Source of the DNA: Phormidesmis sp. | GTDB taxonomy: Bacteria > Cyanobacteriota > Cyanobacteriia > Leptolyngbyales > Leptolyngbyaceae | Length of the DNA: 64,000 bases | Direction of reading: 5' to 3' | NCBI GenBank assembly: GCA_965248535.1 | Contig: CBDFJR010000002.1 | Span: 224,001-288,000 of the forward strand | Part shown: positions 49,117 to 59,961 of the stretch, one piece after another | How the letters are laid out: the number at the start of each line of letters is the position of its first letter | Numbering within the stretch: the stretch's first letter is position 1 | Notes under the pieces: model-generated | What the model was told of the DNA's origin: nothing | Databases searched by the model: none | The model's input: the letters and a program-made list of their open reading frames with translations, nothing else | Made by a program: the position numbers and the translations under genes

Positions 49117-50210
49117 TAGTAGTAATTTTGCGGCTGCGTCTGCTGCGGGTTGGGCGCAAACGCTAACCACATGGGAAATTGCAGCATGGCGAGACTGATC
49201 ATCTCTTCGGTTTCGTCAATGATAATCAGGGGCAGCAAGCCATCTCTAACCACTCGATCGGCTTTTAGCGCCAGCGGTTCGGGAGTCTCAAACAGGCTCA
49301 AGCCCCGATCTGAGCCAAAATCACTTCTCGAAACGCCCAGACAATCCTGCAAACCGCGCCGCCACTCACCCAAGCGTTCGGGCGAGTTGGCCAGAATCAG
49401 GGTGCGGAGACGATCGCCGTAGATCTGATAGGCGATCGAAATCACTGCTGACGACACCAAGATATTTTGCAGCCGCGACCCCATCGTGCGGACTGCGCCC
49501 CGACCGCCTTGGGTGAAGAACCAGTTAGAGACTCGCTCGGCGTGGACAGGCTCAAAGGTGCGCCGCAGTTGCCAAACTGGGCCATAGTAATCGGGCTGAT
49601 TGCGAAATTGATCGATGAGATGCCGAATTTTTTTGGTTTGCTCTTGAAAACTCTGCTCGGCAAATTTGGGAGTAGAGGGTGCTTGAGATTTTTCTTCAGC
49701 GATCGGGGCGATCGTTCGTTCGGGCGGCTGGGGTTTTTCTAGCTCTAATCGTTCTGCGGCTAGCGCTAGATCTTGCAAACTGCCGACTAAATAATCTTTA
49801 AAGCTCTGGACGCGAATGGCGATGTCTTGCGAGGTTCCGGCAAAGGTAGTTCGCATCTCGTTGCGAATGCGTTCTTGACGACGTTCTAACTGCTCGACTG
49901 CGATTTGCAGGGTTTGCCGCCGATATTCTAAATCACCCAAGCCCTCTTGAACGAGTTTTCCCAGGGCTGCCTGAGCGTCTAGCGTTTGTTCTTGAAGCTG
50001 ACTGCGAACGGTTTGCAGCGATGCAATCTCTTGGTGAAGGGCGTGTTCTTGCTCTTTTAACCTAGCAATTTGCTCTGCCAACTGTTCAGTGTCTGGCTCA
50101 GAGATGTCCGCCTCAACCCGTTGAGATTGCGTCATGTCAGCAGACGACGGGAAGGATGGCATCTCCTCGATCGCGTCAGGGGCTTGGGTCGGCAGTTCGT
50201 CAGAATTCAT
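49113..50210 (-). CDS. DUF3086 domain protein
   Basis: Coiled coil, FAGTSQDIAIRV, PDYYGP.WQLRRTFE, LGEWRRGLQDCLG. Confidence 0.85.
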   Translation of the reverse strand: MNSDELPTQAPDAIEEMPSFPSSADMTQSQRVEADISEPDTEQLAEQIARLKEQEHALHQEIASLQTVRSQLQEQTLDAQAALGKLVQEGLGDLEYRRQTLQIAVEQLERRQERIRNEMRTTFAGTSQDIAIRVQSFKDYLVGSLQDLALAAERLELEKPQPPERTIAPIAEEKSQAPSTPKFAEQSFQEQTKKIRHLIDQFRNQPDYYGPVWQLRRTFEPVHAERVSNWFFTQGGRGAVRTMGSRLQNILVSSAVISIAYQIYGDRLRTLILANSPERLGEWRRGLQDCLGVSRSDFGSDRGLSLFETPEPLALKADRVVRDGLLPLIIIDETEEMISLAMLQFPMWLAFAPNPQQTQPQNYYY

Positions 50211-50278
50211 AGCGCGTTGGGTCTAGAGATTAAAGGATTAGGAAGAAGCAGGGAATTGCGTCTGTACTTTACAGGAAA

Positions 50279-50674
50279 TCAGGTGTCAGCGTTTTGATTT
50301 TTGGGAAAGCGTTGGTTTAAGCAAGCCCGCAAGGTTTTTGGGTCGAAGATAATCGGCAAGAAGTGAATGCTTTTAACTTCTTTGAAATAAAACAAAATCG
50401 GCACGGGTGACCAAAAAATTTCCCAGTTTTGCCAATCTCGGTAGGGAAACTGACGAATCAAGGTCTCGCCGCGATAAATGTCTAGCGCAGTCTCAGTAAA
50501 TCTCAGACGCAACATCACGGTTTGAATCAGCAAAAACAGACTAAAGAGGGCGATCGCTAAACTCACCCAGACCTGCACCCACAGCAGCAGCACCGCGATC
50601 AGCCCCAGCCCGATCGGAATCGCGTAGCTCGGCGCTAGCTCGATCGTTTGATTGGAATTTGCAGCAGTGGTCAA
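50279..50674 (-). CDS. DUF3119 family membrane protein
   Basis: FPY.DWQNW.IFW...ILFYFKEVKSIHFLPIIFD. Confidence 0.85.
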   Translation of the reverse strand: MTTAANSNQTIELAPSYAIPIGLGLIAVLLLWVQVWVSLAIALFSLFLLIQTVMLRLRFTETALDIYRGETLIRQFPYRDWQNWEIFWSPVPILFYFKEVKSIHFLPIIFDPKTLRACLNQRFPKNQNADT

Positions 50675-50844
50675 AATATTGACTCCTGAAATTTAGGTCA
50701 CTTCAGTTCCTATTTTAGAGAGGAATCTGGTAGAGATTCCGTTTGGTGATCGACTCAGAGAGGAAATTCTGAAGAGATTAGGGGCTAGCGGTGATCAGTG
50801 AGGCGCTAGAGCGGTATTCTGAGCAGGAATTTGAGGTGATCATC

Positions 50845-51564
50845 ATGGCTTGGACACGACCCGACGATCGACAACCTGATCAGCTTCGACCTGTCTCCTT
50901 TGAGCGACGGTTTACCAAATTTGCGGCCGGATCGGTGCTGGCAAAGTGTGGCGATACACAAGTTTTGTGCACGGTCAGCATTGAGCCAAGAGTTCCTAAA
51001 TTTCTAGTCGGCAAAGGCGAAGGGTGGCTGACTGCCGAATATCGGATGTTGCCCGGAGCCACGCCCGAACGCCAATCGCGAGAGTTTCTCAAACTGTCGG
51101 GGCGCACTCAAGAGATTCAGCGTTTGATTGGGCGGAGTCTGCGATCGTCTCTCGATATGAAAGCTTTGGGCGAACGCACGATCACGATCGATGCCGATGT
51201 TTTGCAAGCCGATGCCGGAACACGCACGATCGCCATCACAGGTGGATTCGTCGCTCTTCAAGATGCGATCAATTATCTGTTAGCAAGCGGGGAACTGACG
51301 CGATCGCCGATCGTCCATCAAGTCGCCGCCACCTCGGTGGGGCTGATTCAAAATCAGGCCTTCTTAGATCTTAACTATGACGAAGATGTGATCGCAGATG
51401 TCGATTGCAACATTGTGATGAATGAGTCATTTGGCATTATTGAAGTGCAGGGAACGGCTGAGGGAGAGAGTTTTAGCCGCCAGCAGCTTGACCAAATTAT
51501 GGAGGTGGCGGCGAAAGGAATTCGAGAATTGCTGGCGTTGCAGCGCCAAGCTCTTGGAGAATAG
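50845..51564 (+). CDS. rph: Ribonuclease PH
   Basis: [42 protein letters not shown]. Confidence 0.96.
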   Translation: MAWTRPDDRQPDQLRPVSFERRFTKFAAGSVLAKCGDTQVLCTVSIEPRVPKFLVGKGEGWLTAEYRMLPGATPERQSREFLKLSGRTQEIQRLIGRSLRSSLDMKALGERTITIDADVLQADAGTRTIAITGGFVALQDAINYLLASGELTRSPIVHQVAATSVGLIQNQAFLDLNYDEDVIADVDCNIVMNESFGIIEVQGTAEGESFSRQQLDQIMEVAAKGIRELLALQRQALGE

Positions 51565-51665
51565 GGTTGCGATTTTTTTGAGAACAGTGAATTATGTTAG
51601 ATGGGTCAGAAAGTGCCTGACTGCCGCAAGTTTTAACATCCTCAACATCCTGATTTAGCCTGGGC

Positions 51666-52094
51666 ATGTCTTATCAAGATCATCTGACGGTTAACAGTGA
51701 TCTAACGGTTCTCAACGCTGTGCAAAAGTGGTTTGAGAAATTTTGGTTGCAGCATCATTCGCCTATTTCACGCCGCGATCACCAGTTATATCGTCTCAAT
51801 CTCGCTCTGGCTGAGGGGTTTACAAATGCCGTTCGTCACGCTCACTCTGGGTTATCGGCTGAGACTTCGATCGAGATTGAGGTGACGATGGATGACGATC
51901 GCATGGAGATTAGGATTTGGGATTGGGGGCAGCCGTTTGACCCTAATAACCTTGAAGAGCCTAAGCCAGGAACGCTGAGAGAAGGGGGCTATGGCTGGTT
52001 TTTGCTGCGGCGATTGACGGATCAAGTGAGCTACGATCGTCAGGGGCAACGCAACTGTTTACTCATCGTCAAATACACCAATAAAAGCGGATGA
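51666..52094 (+). CDS. Anti-sigma regulatory factor / Ser kinase (RsbW-like HATPase_c_2)
   Basis: LALAEGFTNAVRHAH, IWDWGQPFD, EGGYGW. Confidence 0.88.
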   Translation: MSYQDHLTVNSDLTVLNAVQKWFEKFWLQHHSPISRRDHQLYRLNLALAEGFTNAVRHAHSGLSAETSIEIEVTMDDDRMEIRIWDWGQPFDPNNLEEPKPGTLREGGYGWFLLRRLTDQVSYDRQGQRNCLLIVKYTNKSG

Positions 52095-52342
52095 ACATTC
52101 ACCAATCTTTGCCTGAGACTGCCAAAACCTCTGATTTTCAGAACGCGATCGAGGTCGTAGAGGCTTTGCCGCTCGAAGATCAAGAAGTTCTGATTGACAT
52201 TCTCGCTAAACGGATCAGACAACAGAAACGGGATGATCTGTTAAAAGCCATTGTCGAAGTAGAGAAAGACTACGCAGACGGGAACGTGCGGCGTGGCTCT
52301 GTTGCTGATTTGATGGCGGAGTTAGACGCTGAATGCAGATAG
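52091..52342 (+). CDS. Putative antitoxin
   Basis: Small acidic ORF (VEALPLEDQ..L; GSVADLMAEL) overlapping the downstream toxin. Confidence 0.75.
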   Translation: MNIHQSLPETAKTSDFQNAIEVVEALPLEDQEVLIDILAKRIRQQKRDDLLKAIVEVEKDYADGNVRRGSVADLMAELDAECR

Positions 52343-52614
52343 TTTGGAGTGAGGCATTCAATCGAGATTTCAAGCGCTTAATTCGTCGCAACCCACAATT
52401 GCGCGATCCGATCGAGGACGTATTAGAGAGACTCTCAGCGGATGTGTTTGATCCAAGTCTGAAAACTCATAAGCTCAAAGGCTCATTTTCAGGAAGATGG
52501 TCTTGTTCGATCAACTACAGCGATCGCATTGCATTTAAGCTTATGAAAAATCCTGATTCAGGAGAAACCGAGATCTTACTTTTAACGCTCGGTTCTCATG
52601 ATGAAGTTTATTAA
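52333..52614 (+). CDS. Type II TA toxin, RelE/YafQ-like mRNA interferase
   Basis: F.RDFKRL, LKTHKLKG, WSCSI..DRI, C-terminal LGSHDEVY. Confidence 0.88.
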   Translation: MQIVWSEAFNRDFKRLIRRNPQLRDPIEDVLERLSADVFDPSLKTHKLKGSFSGRWSCSINYSDRIAFKLMKNPDSGETEILLLTLGSHDEVY

Positions 52615-52620
52615 AAGTGA

Positions 52621-52653
52621 ATCGTCCTTTACTCCTAGTTAGCAAAGGACGAT
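52621..52653. terminator. Hairpin between convergent toxin and trpB genes
   Basis: ATCGTCCTTT-N13-AAAGGACGAT. Confidence 0.6.
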
Positions 52654-52674
52654 CGCTGCCTAATCCCTAAAACT

Positions 52675-53922
52675 CTATGGATTGAGGATTTTAGAAACCG
52701 TCAGCACGTCTTTGTCGCCGCGACCAGAGCAATTGATCACAATCCGAGGGCTGCCCGTCAGTTGCGGACAGAGGGTATCGAGATAAGCGATCGCGTGGGC
52801 CGTCTCCAAGGCAGGAATAATCCCTTCTAGCTGCGACAACTGTTGGAAGGCATCCAACGCTTGCTGATCGGTGACAGCGTAATACTCGGCGCGTCCGAGT
52901 TCCATTAAAAAGCTGTGTTCGGGGCCGACTCCGGGATAGTCTAACCCGGCGCTGACCGAGTGTGGCTCAATCACCTGACCATCTTCGTCTTGCAGCAGAT
53001 AGCTCATTGCGCCGTGCAAAACGCCGACTCGTCCTTTGGTCAAGGTGGCAGCGTGTTTTTCGGTTTCGACTCCGTGACCTGCCGCTTCGACCCCGATTAG
53101 ACGAACGGTTGGCTCGTCAATAAACTCGTGGAAAAGCCCGATCGCATTCGACCCACCGCCCACGCAGGCTAGCAAAATATCCGGTAAGCCGCCCCACTTT
53201 TCTTGAGCCTGAACGCGAGTCTCTTGACCAATCACCGCATGAAAATCGCGCACCATCATCGGGTAAGGATGCGGGCCCGCGACCGAACCGAGAATGTAGT
53301 GCGTCGTCTCGACATTCGTTACCCAGTCGCGGATCGCTTCAGAACACGCATCTTTGAGGGTGCCTGTGCCAGAGGCAACGGGGCAGACTTCGGCCCCCAT
53401 CAGCCGCATCCGAAAGACGTTGAGCGATTGCCGCTCCATATCGTGCACACCCATGTAAATGATGCACTTTAGCCCAAATCGGGCGCAGACGGTGGCGGTG
53501 GCTACGCCGTGCTGTCCGGCTCCGGTTTCGGCAATCACGCGCTGTTTGCCCATGCGTTTGGCGAGTAGGGCTTGGGCCAGGGCGTTATTGATTTTGTGTG
53601 CGCCCGTGTGGTTTAAATCTTCTCGCTTGAGATAAATTTGGGCCCCTGTGCCGTCGGGTCGAGCATAGTGTTCAGTCAGGCGCTCTGCAAAATAAAGCGG
53701 ACTGGGGCGACCGACATAATCGCGTAAAAGCCCCTGAAGCTCTTGCTGGAAGTCGGGGTCGTTGCGATAGTGCTGATAGGCGGCTTCTAGCTCAAATAGA
53801 GCAGGCATCAAGGTTTCGGGGACATACTTCCCGCCAAACTTGCCAAATCTTCCGAGAGAGTCGGGGCGGTTTTGGGGTGAAGAATCTGTTTGGAGACTGC
53901 GAGGCAGCGGTGTAGTTGTCAC
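52675..53922 (-). CDS. trpB: Tryptophan synthase beta chain
   Basis: [43 protein letters not shown]; likely GTG start at 53922. Confidence 0.97.
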   Translation of the reverse strand: MTTTPLPRSLQTDSSPQNRPDSLGRFGKFGGKYVPETLMPALFELEAAYQHYRNDPDFQQELQGLLRDYVGRPSPLYFAERLTEHYARPDGTGAQIYLKREDLNHTGAHKINNALAQALLAKRMGKQRVIAETGAGQHGVATATVCARFGLKCIIYMGVHDMERQSLNVFRMRLMGAEVCPVASGTGTLKDACSEAIRDWVTNVETTHYILGSVAGPHPYPMMVRDFHAVIGQETRVQAQEKWGGLPDILLACVGGGSNAIGLFHEFIDEPTVRLIGVEAAGHGVETEKHAATLTKGRVGVLHGAMSYLLQDEDGQVIEPHSVSAGLDYPGVGPEHSFLMELGRAEYYAVTDQQALDAFQQLSQLEGIIPALETAHAIAYLDTLCPQLTGSPRIVINCSGRGDKDVLTVSKILNP

Positions 53923-53986
53923 GATCGCTAGATGAGTGTAGAGGACAGCCTCTATTATAAAGGTCGGACGTTTTCCTAGTTTCACT

Positions 53987-54352
53987 ATGGCCGTTTCAAA
54001 GCGCAAATCTTCTCAGTCTGGTGACGCTGCCAAAGATAAAACTGTTTATTCGGAGTTTGGCAACAGCCACTCAGAGGCGTTGCAGCGCGGGGTTCCTGAC
54101 TTGCCGCCCAATCAGCAAAATTTGAGAGTGCAGGTGTCTCGCAAAGGTCGTGGCGGCAAAACCGTGACGGTGATTACGGGGTTTCAAGGAAAAGCCGAAA
54201 CTTTGGCCGATCTGCTCAAAAAGCTCAAAAGTCAGTGTGGGACGGGCGGCACCGTCAGAGAAGAGACTTTGGAGATTCAGGGTGATCATGCTCAAAAGCT
54301 GCTGCAAATTTTGGTGCAGTTGGGCTATAAAGCCAAGATTAGCGGTGGGTGA
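53987..54352 (+). CDS. yciH: SUI1/YciH translation initiation factor family
   Basis: [28 protein letters not shown]. Confidence 0.92.
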   Translation: MAVSKRKSSQSGDAAKDKTVYSEFGNSHSEALQRGVPDLPPNQQNLRVQVSRKGRGGKTVTVITGFQGKAETLADLLKKLKSQCGTGGTVREETLEIQGDHAQKLLQILVQLGYKAKISGG

Positions 54353-54455
54353 CGATCGCTAGAGCGTAGGAAGGCTCCTACAGAGATCGTGACGATTTGG
54401 AATTCTCGTCAAGACTGCTGTAACCTTCACAACAAAGTCGCTTTTCAGTATTGAA

Positions 54456-56252
54456 ATGTTAAATCGCGATCGCTGGCAGTTTCGTGGGATCTGTTTTTTA
54501 GTTTTTTTGGGGGTGGCGATCGGGGTGATTGGCTCAGGAGTTCCACTCGCCACGGCTCAAACTCGGTTTTCTGATATTCAAGGTCATTGGGCGCAACCCT
54601 GCATTGAGGGGTTGACTCAACAGAAGATTATTAATGGCTATTCGGACGGGACATTTCGCCCTGACAATTCTGTGACTCGTGCGGAATATGCAACGTTACT
54701 GGTCACTGCTTTTCCGGGAGTGGTGAATGCGACGATTTCGAGTAGAGGTCTTCAGTTTCGGGATGTTCCTAGCGGGTTTTGGGCGGCGGGCGCGATCGGG
54801 CAAGCCACAACGGCAAACTTTTTTTCTGGCTACCCTGATAAGACGTTTCGACCTAATCAACCGATTCCGCGAGTGCAGGCGCTAGCAGCGTTGGCGAGTG
54901 GTTTGGGATATGTCCCTAAGAAGCCTATTGCCCAGACGTTGGGGCTTTTTAAGGATGCTCAGAGCATTCCAGATTATGCCAAAAGCGCGATCGCTGGGGC
55001 AACTGAGCAGCGCATCGTGGTCAACTATCCCAACGTTGACCAATTGAACTCTGATCAGCCTGCTACACGGGGAGAAACGGCGGCTTTTTTGTGTCGAGCG
55101 TTGCCGAATTTAGCGGCTTTGGTGCCCGATCGCTCTGTAGCCGGAACGCCAAAACCCCAACTGAGCGAGATTCGCGGGGTTTGGTTGACGAATATTGACA
55201 GTGATGTGATGTTTAGCCGCGATCGTCTCACCAAAACCGTCCAAGAATTGGCAGATGCCCATCTCAACACGCTCTATCCGGCAGTGTGGAATTGGGGCTA
55301 CACGCTCTATCCCAGTGCGACGGCCAAACAAGCGATCGGGGTTGCCTACGATCCGCGACCCGAAGCGGTGGGGTTGACCGATCGCGATATGCTCAAAGAA
55401 TTTGTCGAACAGGGACACCAACATAAACTAAGTGTGATTCCGTGGTTTGAGTTTGGGTTTATGGCTCCTGCCGACTCAGAGCTAGCGCGGCTTCACCCTA
55501 GTTGGTTGACGCAGCGATCGGACAAAACCCAGGTCTGGCAAGAAGGCAAATATCCGCGAGTGTGGCTCAACCCGTTTAAGCCAGAGGTGCAAAACTTCAT
55601 TACTGATTTGATTTTAGAACTCGTTAATAACTACGATATCGATGGTATTCAGTTTGATGATCATTTTGGATTGCCCTTTGAGTTTGGCTACGATGATTTT
55701 ACAGTGGCGCTTTATCAAAAAGAAAATGCTGGGAAATCTCCGCCAGTCAATGCTCAAGATCCAGCGTGGACAAAGTGGAGAGCCGATAAAATTACGGCGT
55801 TTATGACCCAGATTTTTCAGTCGATTAAAGCCCGAAAGCATCAGGTTTTGATTTCTCTATCACCCAATAATTACGATTTTTCTTACACCCACTCGCTGCA
55901 AGATTGGCGCACCTGGGAGCAAACCGGACTGCTAGAAGAGTTGGTTTTGCAAGTCTACGGAGACAATCTCAAAGGGTTTGCCGACGAATTGATGCGCCCC
56001 GAAGTGCAGGCAGCCCGATCGCACATTCCTACCGGAGTCGGCATTTTGACGGGATTGAAAGATCGCCCGGTGGCCTTTCAACAGATTCACGATCAGGTGC
56101 AAATCGTGCGCGATCGCCAATTTGCCGGAGTCTCTTTTTTCTTCTATGAGACGATGTGGAACTTGTCGGGCGAGACCGTCAGCGATCGCCGTTCTGCTTT
56201 TACAACTTTATTTTCTGTGCCGCTCGATCGCCCCAAATTTCCGGCTGATTAA
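54456..56252 (+). CDS. SLH-domain protein with GHL10 (glycoside hydrolase-like 10) domain
   Basis: Three SLH repeats (FSDIQGHWA...GYSDGTFRP...TRAE); EIRGVWLTN, PWFEFG, DGIQFDDHF. Confidence 0.88.
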   Translation: MLNRDRWQFRGICFLVFLGVAIGVIGSGVPLATAQTRFSDIQGHWAQPCIEGLTQQKIINGYSDGTFRPDNSVTRAEYATLLVTAFPGVVNATISSRGLQFRDVPSGFWAAGAIGQATTANFFSGYPDKTFRPNQPIPRVQALAALASGLGYVPKKPIAQTLGLFKDAQSIPDYAKSAIAGATEQRIVVNYPNVDQLNSDQPATRGETAAFLCRALPNLAALVPDRSVAGTPKPQLSEIRGVWLTNIDSDVMFSRDRLTKTVQELADAHLNTLYPAVWNWGYTLYPSATAKQAIGVAYDPRPEAVGLTDRDMLKEFVEQGHQHKLSVIPWFEFGFMAPADSELARLHPSWLTQRSDKTQVWQEGKYPRVWLNPFKPEVQNFITDLILELVNNYDIDGIQFDDHFGLPFEFGYDDFTVALYQKENAGKSPPVNAQDPAWTKWRADKITAFMTQIFQSIKARKHQVLISLSPNNYDFSYTHSLQDWRTWEQTGLLEELVLQVYGDNLKGFADELMRPEVQAARSHIPTGVGILTGLKDRPVAFQQIHDQVQIVRDRQFAGVSFFFYETMWNLSGETVSDRRSAFTTLFSVPLDRPKFPAD

Positions 56253-56329
56253 GGAGTTTTGAGAAATCTATCCTCCCAGCACTGAATTTGTCTCTAAAAT
56301 CGATGCAGTATTCGGGAGTTACCTTCGTC

Positions 56330-57910
56330 ATGACCGCAGCCACCCCCTCTAGCACCCGCACCTATGACATAATTTGCTTTGGAGATGAAGTCCCCGGACT
56401 GTTGGCGATCGTCAGCGCTGCTAGAGAGTTTCGGCGGCGAATTGGCAAAAACCCGCGAACGCTGGTGATGTTTAAGGGCAACTCACCCGATGGGATAGGC
56501 GGGCATTTAGTCAGAGGCGGACTGTCTTATTTAGATCGAACTCACGTCCCAGACGACCTGCGCAGCAAACTAGGGCTGTCGATATTTGGCGACCCCGTGA
56601 CGTTGTATAAAGAATTTTTGCAGCGATCGGGCGTGGCCGAAATCGCCCTCGACCCTAACAAAGCCGATGCTGCCCTGCGATCGCTGTTGAGCGAAGCAGG
56701 CAGCGACATTATTAGCCGCATTGAGATTCAATCGGTGATCAAAAACGGTGCAAAAATTGCCGGAATTTTGCTAGATAACGGCACCACGTTTTTAGCCCGA
56801 CAGTTTATCGATTGCACCGTGAATGCAGAATTGGCACAGGCGGCAGGGGCAAAGAAGCTTCAGGGCTTTGGCACCTTTAGACTACCCGAATCAGAACTGC
56901 CCGTGACCCTGACCTTTGTCACCGAAGGGCTAACGATCGCTCGACTGCAACAGGTCGAGTTAGCCTACTTAAAACGTTTGACTAACCCCAACGATGCCGA
57001 AGCGCAAAATTTTATCAAGATTGCAAGTGGTTCTGATCCGGCTCTGATGTCCTGGTTCAAAAAAGATTTGATTGACGAAAGGGGCGATTTGAAAACAATG
57101 CACGTCGGCTTTGATCACATCGATATTCGCTGCAAAGCGCTGTCGATCGTCTATCACGCTTTTCGAGGCAAACGGTTTTCACTATCTACGAGTGGGGCCA
57201 TTTTTGACACCGCTAATATTGCGATTTTGTCAGGCGGCAGACTGTCTTGGAATGCGCTGCTGTGCAATGTCACGGGTTCTCAAGCTGACGCGATCGCTCG
57301 ATCGGCTGCCAAGCCAACTCCTGAGATTCTAGAAGAAATGACCTTTGTCGATCGCTTCATGAAGAGTCTGGGCGCTGCCACCATTCGACCTGCCAAAGAG
57401 CTTTATATTCGTCATGCCGGAAACGTCACGGAGGTGGTTGAGCCTCTGAGCGGTGCTCGAATGCTTGAAGGCGGCACGTTTAAAGATGAAGCGATCGGCA
57501 CCTTTGGCTATCCGCTTGATGTGCGGGGCGGCATTGAGGGGCTGGGTCTTAAAGCCTCTGCCAAGGGGTTTTCGAGCGTGGGCTTCCATAAACCGCCGCT
57601 TTTTAATGTGGGCATTCGTCATGCGCTGCTTAAATCAGTGCCTAATCTGGCGGTGGTTAGCCCTGCGTCTGGCTTTGACGGCTATGCTTGCGCGGCTGGC
57701 AGAATTGTAGAGTTTAATGTGGCCGTCGGGCAGGGTGTGGGAATTGCCACCGCGCTAGCGACAACCAGCGATCGAGATTTAGCGACGATTGCTAATCTTG
57801 AAGTTAGGCAAGTGCTGAAAGCAACCCGACAGGAATCTGTGATCTATGGCAGAAGCTACACCCTTGAAGCGACCAACCTACGAGACTTTGAGACGAGTAT
57901 GATGGCTTAG
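56330..57910 (+). CDS. FAD-dependent oxidoreductase-like protein
   Basis: YDIICFG...AARE, GGLSYLD, FIDCT.NAELA..AG, ELYIRH, GRIVE.N...GQG. Confidence 0.75.
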   Translation: MTAATPSSTRTYDIICFGDEVPGLLAIVSAAREFRRRIGKNPRTLVMFKGNSPDGIGGHLVRGGLSYLDRTHVPDDLRSKLGLSIFGDPVTLYKEFLQRSGVAEIALDPNKADAALRSLLSEAGSDIISRIEIQSVIKNGAKIAGILLDNGTTFLARQFIDCTVNAELAQAAGAKKLQGFGTFRLPESELPVTLTFVTEGLTIARLQQVELAYLKRLTNPNDAEAQNFIKIASGSDPALMSWFKKDLIDERGDLKTMHVGFDHIDIRCKALSIVYHAFRGKRFSLSTSGAIFDTANIAILSGGRLSWNALLCNVTGSQADAIARSAAKPTPEILEEMTFVDRFMKSLGAATIRPAKELYIRHAGNVTEVVEPLSGARMLEGGTFKDEAIGTFGYPLDVRGGIEGLGLKASAKGFSSVGFHKPPLFNVGIRHALLKSVPNLAVVSPASGFDGYACAAGRIVEFNVAVGQGVGIATALATTSDRDLATIANLEVRQVLKATRQESVIYGRSYTLEATNLRDFETSMMA

Positions 57911-58129
57911 ATTGACCAATCTCCATAAAGGAGCGAGAGGTTTCTCAGAAAACCTACGCAACTGCTCTGTGTTTTCACGGGGATTGTTCATCAATGCTTT
58001 AAGTTGTTTTAGCGATCGCTCGATAATTTCCGACAAAGACGGGATAAATAAGTAAGTGGAAAAAACTAACCCTGAGATCCTCTCTCATCAATAAGGGGCA
58101 AACGATTCAAGGTCTCTTTAAACTCTCGT

Positions 58130-59950
58130 ATGTCTCCTAACAAACTGCTCCTAAAATTCGCCCTTCGGCACCCGATTTGGGTGGCTCTGACGATCGTTCT
58201 AGGATTTTCAGGAGCGCTGTTTAATGGGATTAGCACCGTTCTTATCGTTCCTGTAATTTTGGGGTTTTTGGGGCAAGAGGTCAGTCTCAAAGGCGCACCT
58301 CCAGTTCTGCAACCAATCTTTTCAGTCTTGAGCGGGGGAAGCCACTCAAATCTATGGCTAATGGGCGTGATCTTGGTCGCGATCGTTCTCAAAAATATCA
58401 CCACTTATGTCAGCACGTTAGCCTCAAGTCACCTGTCGCGATCGCTGGTCAACGAGATTCGTCAAGCCGCGCTGAAACTATTGTTAGAGGTCGATTTAGA
58501 GTTTTACGCTAAGACCAAAGTGGGGGACTTGATCAATCGGCTGGGGGGCGAGGTTGGGCTGGCGGCCAATGCAATTCGGTCGGCGATTCAGCTAGTCACC
58601 ACTGCGATTACGATTTTAGTCTTTGTTGCGTTGCTGCTGGCGATCTCATGGCAGTTAACGATCGTATCAACAGCGCTGTTAGCTTTTGTCTCTGTTGCCA
58701 ATCACTACTTTGTGATTAGGGCGAAAAAATTTGGACAACAGTTATCTGACTCGTCTCGCGATTATTCCATCCGGTTATTAGAAATACTAAACGGAATGCG
58801 ATTGGTTAAAGCTACGGGCAACGAGTTGCGAGAATATCAGCAAATCGAAAACCTGATTCACGATCGTGAGCAAGCCGAGTTTAAATCTCAAGCCAACACG
58901 GCTCTGATTGCACCTGTTAATGAGATGGCCGGAATTTTAACCGTGCTGGCGATCGTCATTCTCGGTCGGATGTTTTTTGCGACTCAGCTTGCTTCTCTAT
59001 CCACCGTGCTGCTAACTTACTTGCTGATTTTGTTTCGTCTCTTGCCGTTTGTGTCGCTGTTAAACAGCATTCGCGGCGGATTTGCAGGAGCGGCTCCGAG
59101 TGTTGCGGTGGTGCATGATTTTTTGCGTCGCGACAACAAGCCGTTTATGAAACCGGGGACGCAGCCTTATCAGCGCTTACAGTCGGGCATTCGGTTTGAG
59201 GGGCTGTCGTTTGCTTACCCTGGTCACGAGGGCTTGGTATTAGACCAAATTGATTTGTGGTTGCCTAAAGGCACGACGCTGGCGCTAGTCGGTTCGTCAG
59301 GGGCGGGCAAGTCCACGATCGCGGATCTGCTGCCCAGATTTTATGACCCCACTCGCGGACGGATTTTGATCGACGATCGTGACCTGCGGGATTTGGATGC
59401 GCGATCGCTGCGTCAGTCAATGGGCATCGTCAGTCAAGAGACATTTTTGTTTAACGACTCGGTGCGAAATAATATCGCGTATGCGTGCGAAAACGTCACC
59501 GATGAGCAGATTATCGAGGCAGCCAAACGCGCCAACGCTGACGAGTTTATCGGCAACTTACCCCAAGGGTTTGACACGGCGATCGGCGATCGTGGCGTGA
59601 TGTTATCGGGCGGGCAGCGGCAACGCCTGGCAATTGCTCGCGCTCTGCTGCGTGACCCCGATATTTTGATTCTTGACGAGGCGACAAGCGCGCTTGACAC
59701 CGTTTCTGAGCGGCTCGTGCAGCAAGCGCTGGATGAATTGAGCCGCGATCGCACGACGCTCGTGATTGCTCATCGGCTTTCGACGATTCAGAAAGCGGAT
59801 CAGATTGCGGTGTTGGATCAAGGGCGGGTGATCGAGGTAGGCACTCATGAGAACCTTTTGCAACAGCAGGGACTCTATGCCCGTCTCTATGCCATGCAGT
59901 TTTCAGACCATGAGCCGCCGATTTTTAATCAGCAAGCGATCGCAGACTAG
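58130..59950 (+). CDS. ABC exporter, fused permease/ATPase (MsbA/HepA-like)
   Basis: TM domain; GSSGAGKS, LSGGQRQR, ILDEATSALD, IAHRLST. Confidence 0.92.
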   Translation: MSPNKLLLKFALRHPIWVALTIVLGFSGALFNGISTVLIVPVILGFLGQEVSLKGAPPVLQPIFSVLSGGSHSNLWLMGVILVAIVLKNITTYVSTLASSHLSRSLVNEIRQAALKLLLEVDLEFYAKTKVGDLINRLGGEVGLAANAIRSAIQLVTTAITILVFVALLLAISWQLTIVSTALLAFVSVANHYFVIRAKKFGQQLSDSSRDYSIRLLEILNGMRLVKATGNELREYQQIENLIHDREQAEFKSQANTALIAPVNEMAGILTVLAIVILGRMFFATQLASLSTVLLTYLLILFRLLPFVSLLNSIRGGFAGAAPSVAVVHDFLRRDNKPFMKPGTQPYQRLQSGIRFEGLSFAYPGHEGLVLDQIDLWLPKGTTLALVGSSGAGKSTIADLLPRFYDPTRGRILIDDRDLRDLDARSLRQSMGIVSQETFLFNDSVRNNIAYACENVTDEQIIEAAKRANADEFIGNLPQGFDTAIGDRGVMLSGGQRQRLAIARALLRDPDILILDEATSALDTVSERLVQQALDELSRDRTTLVIAHRLSTIQKADQIAVLDQGRVIEVGTHENLLQQQGLYARLYAMQFSDHEPPIFNQQAIAD

Positions 59951-59961
59951 AGGAGATTATT

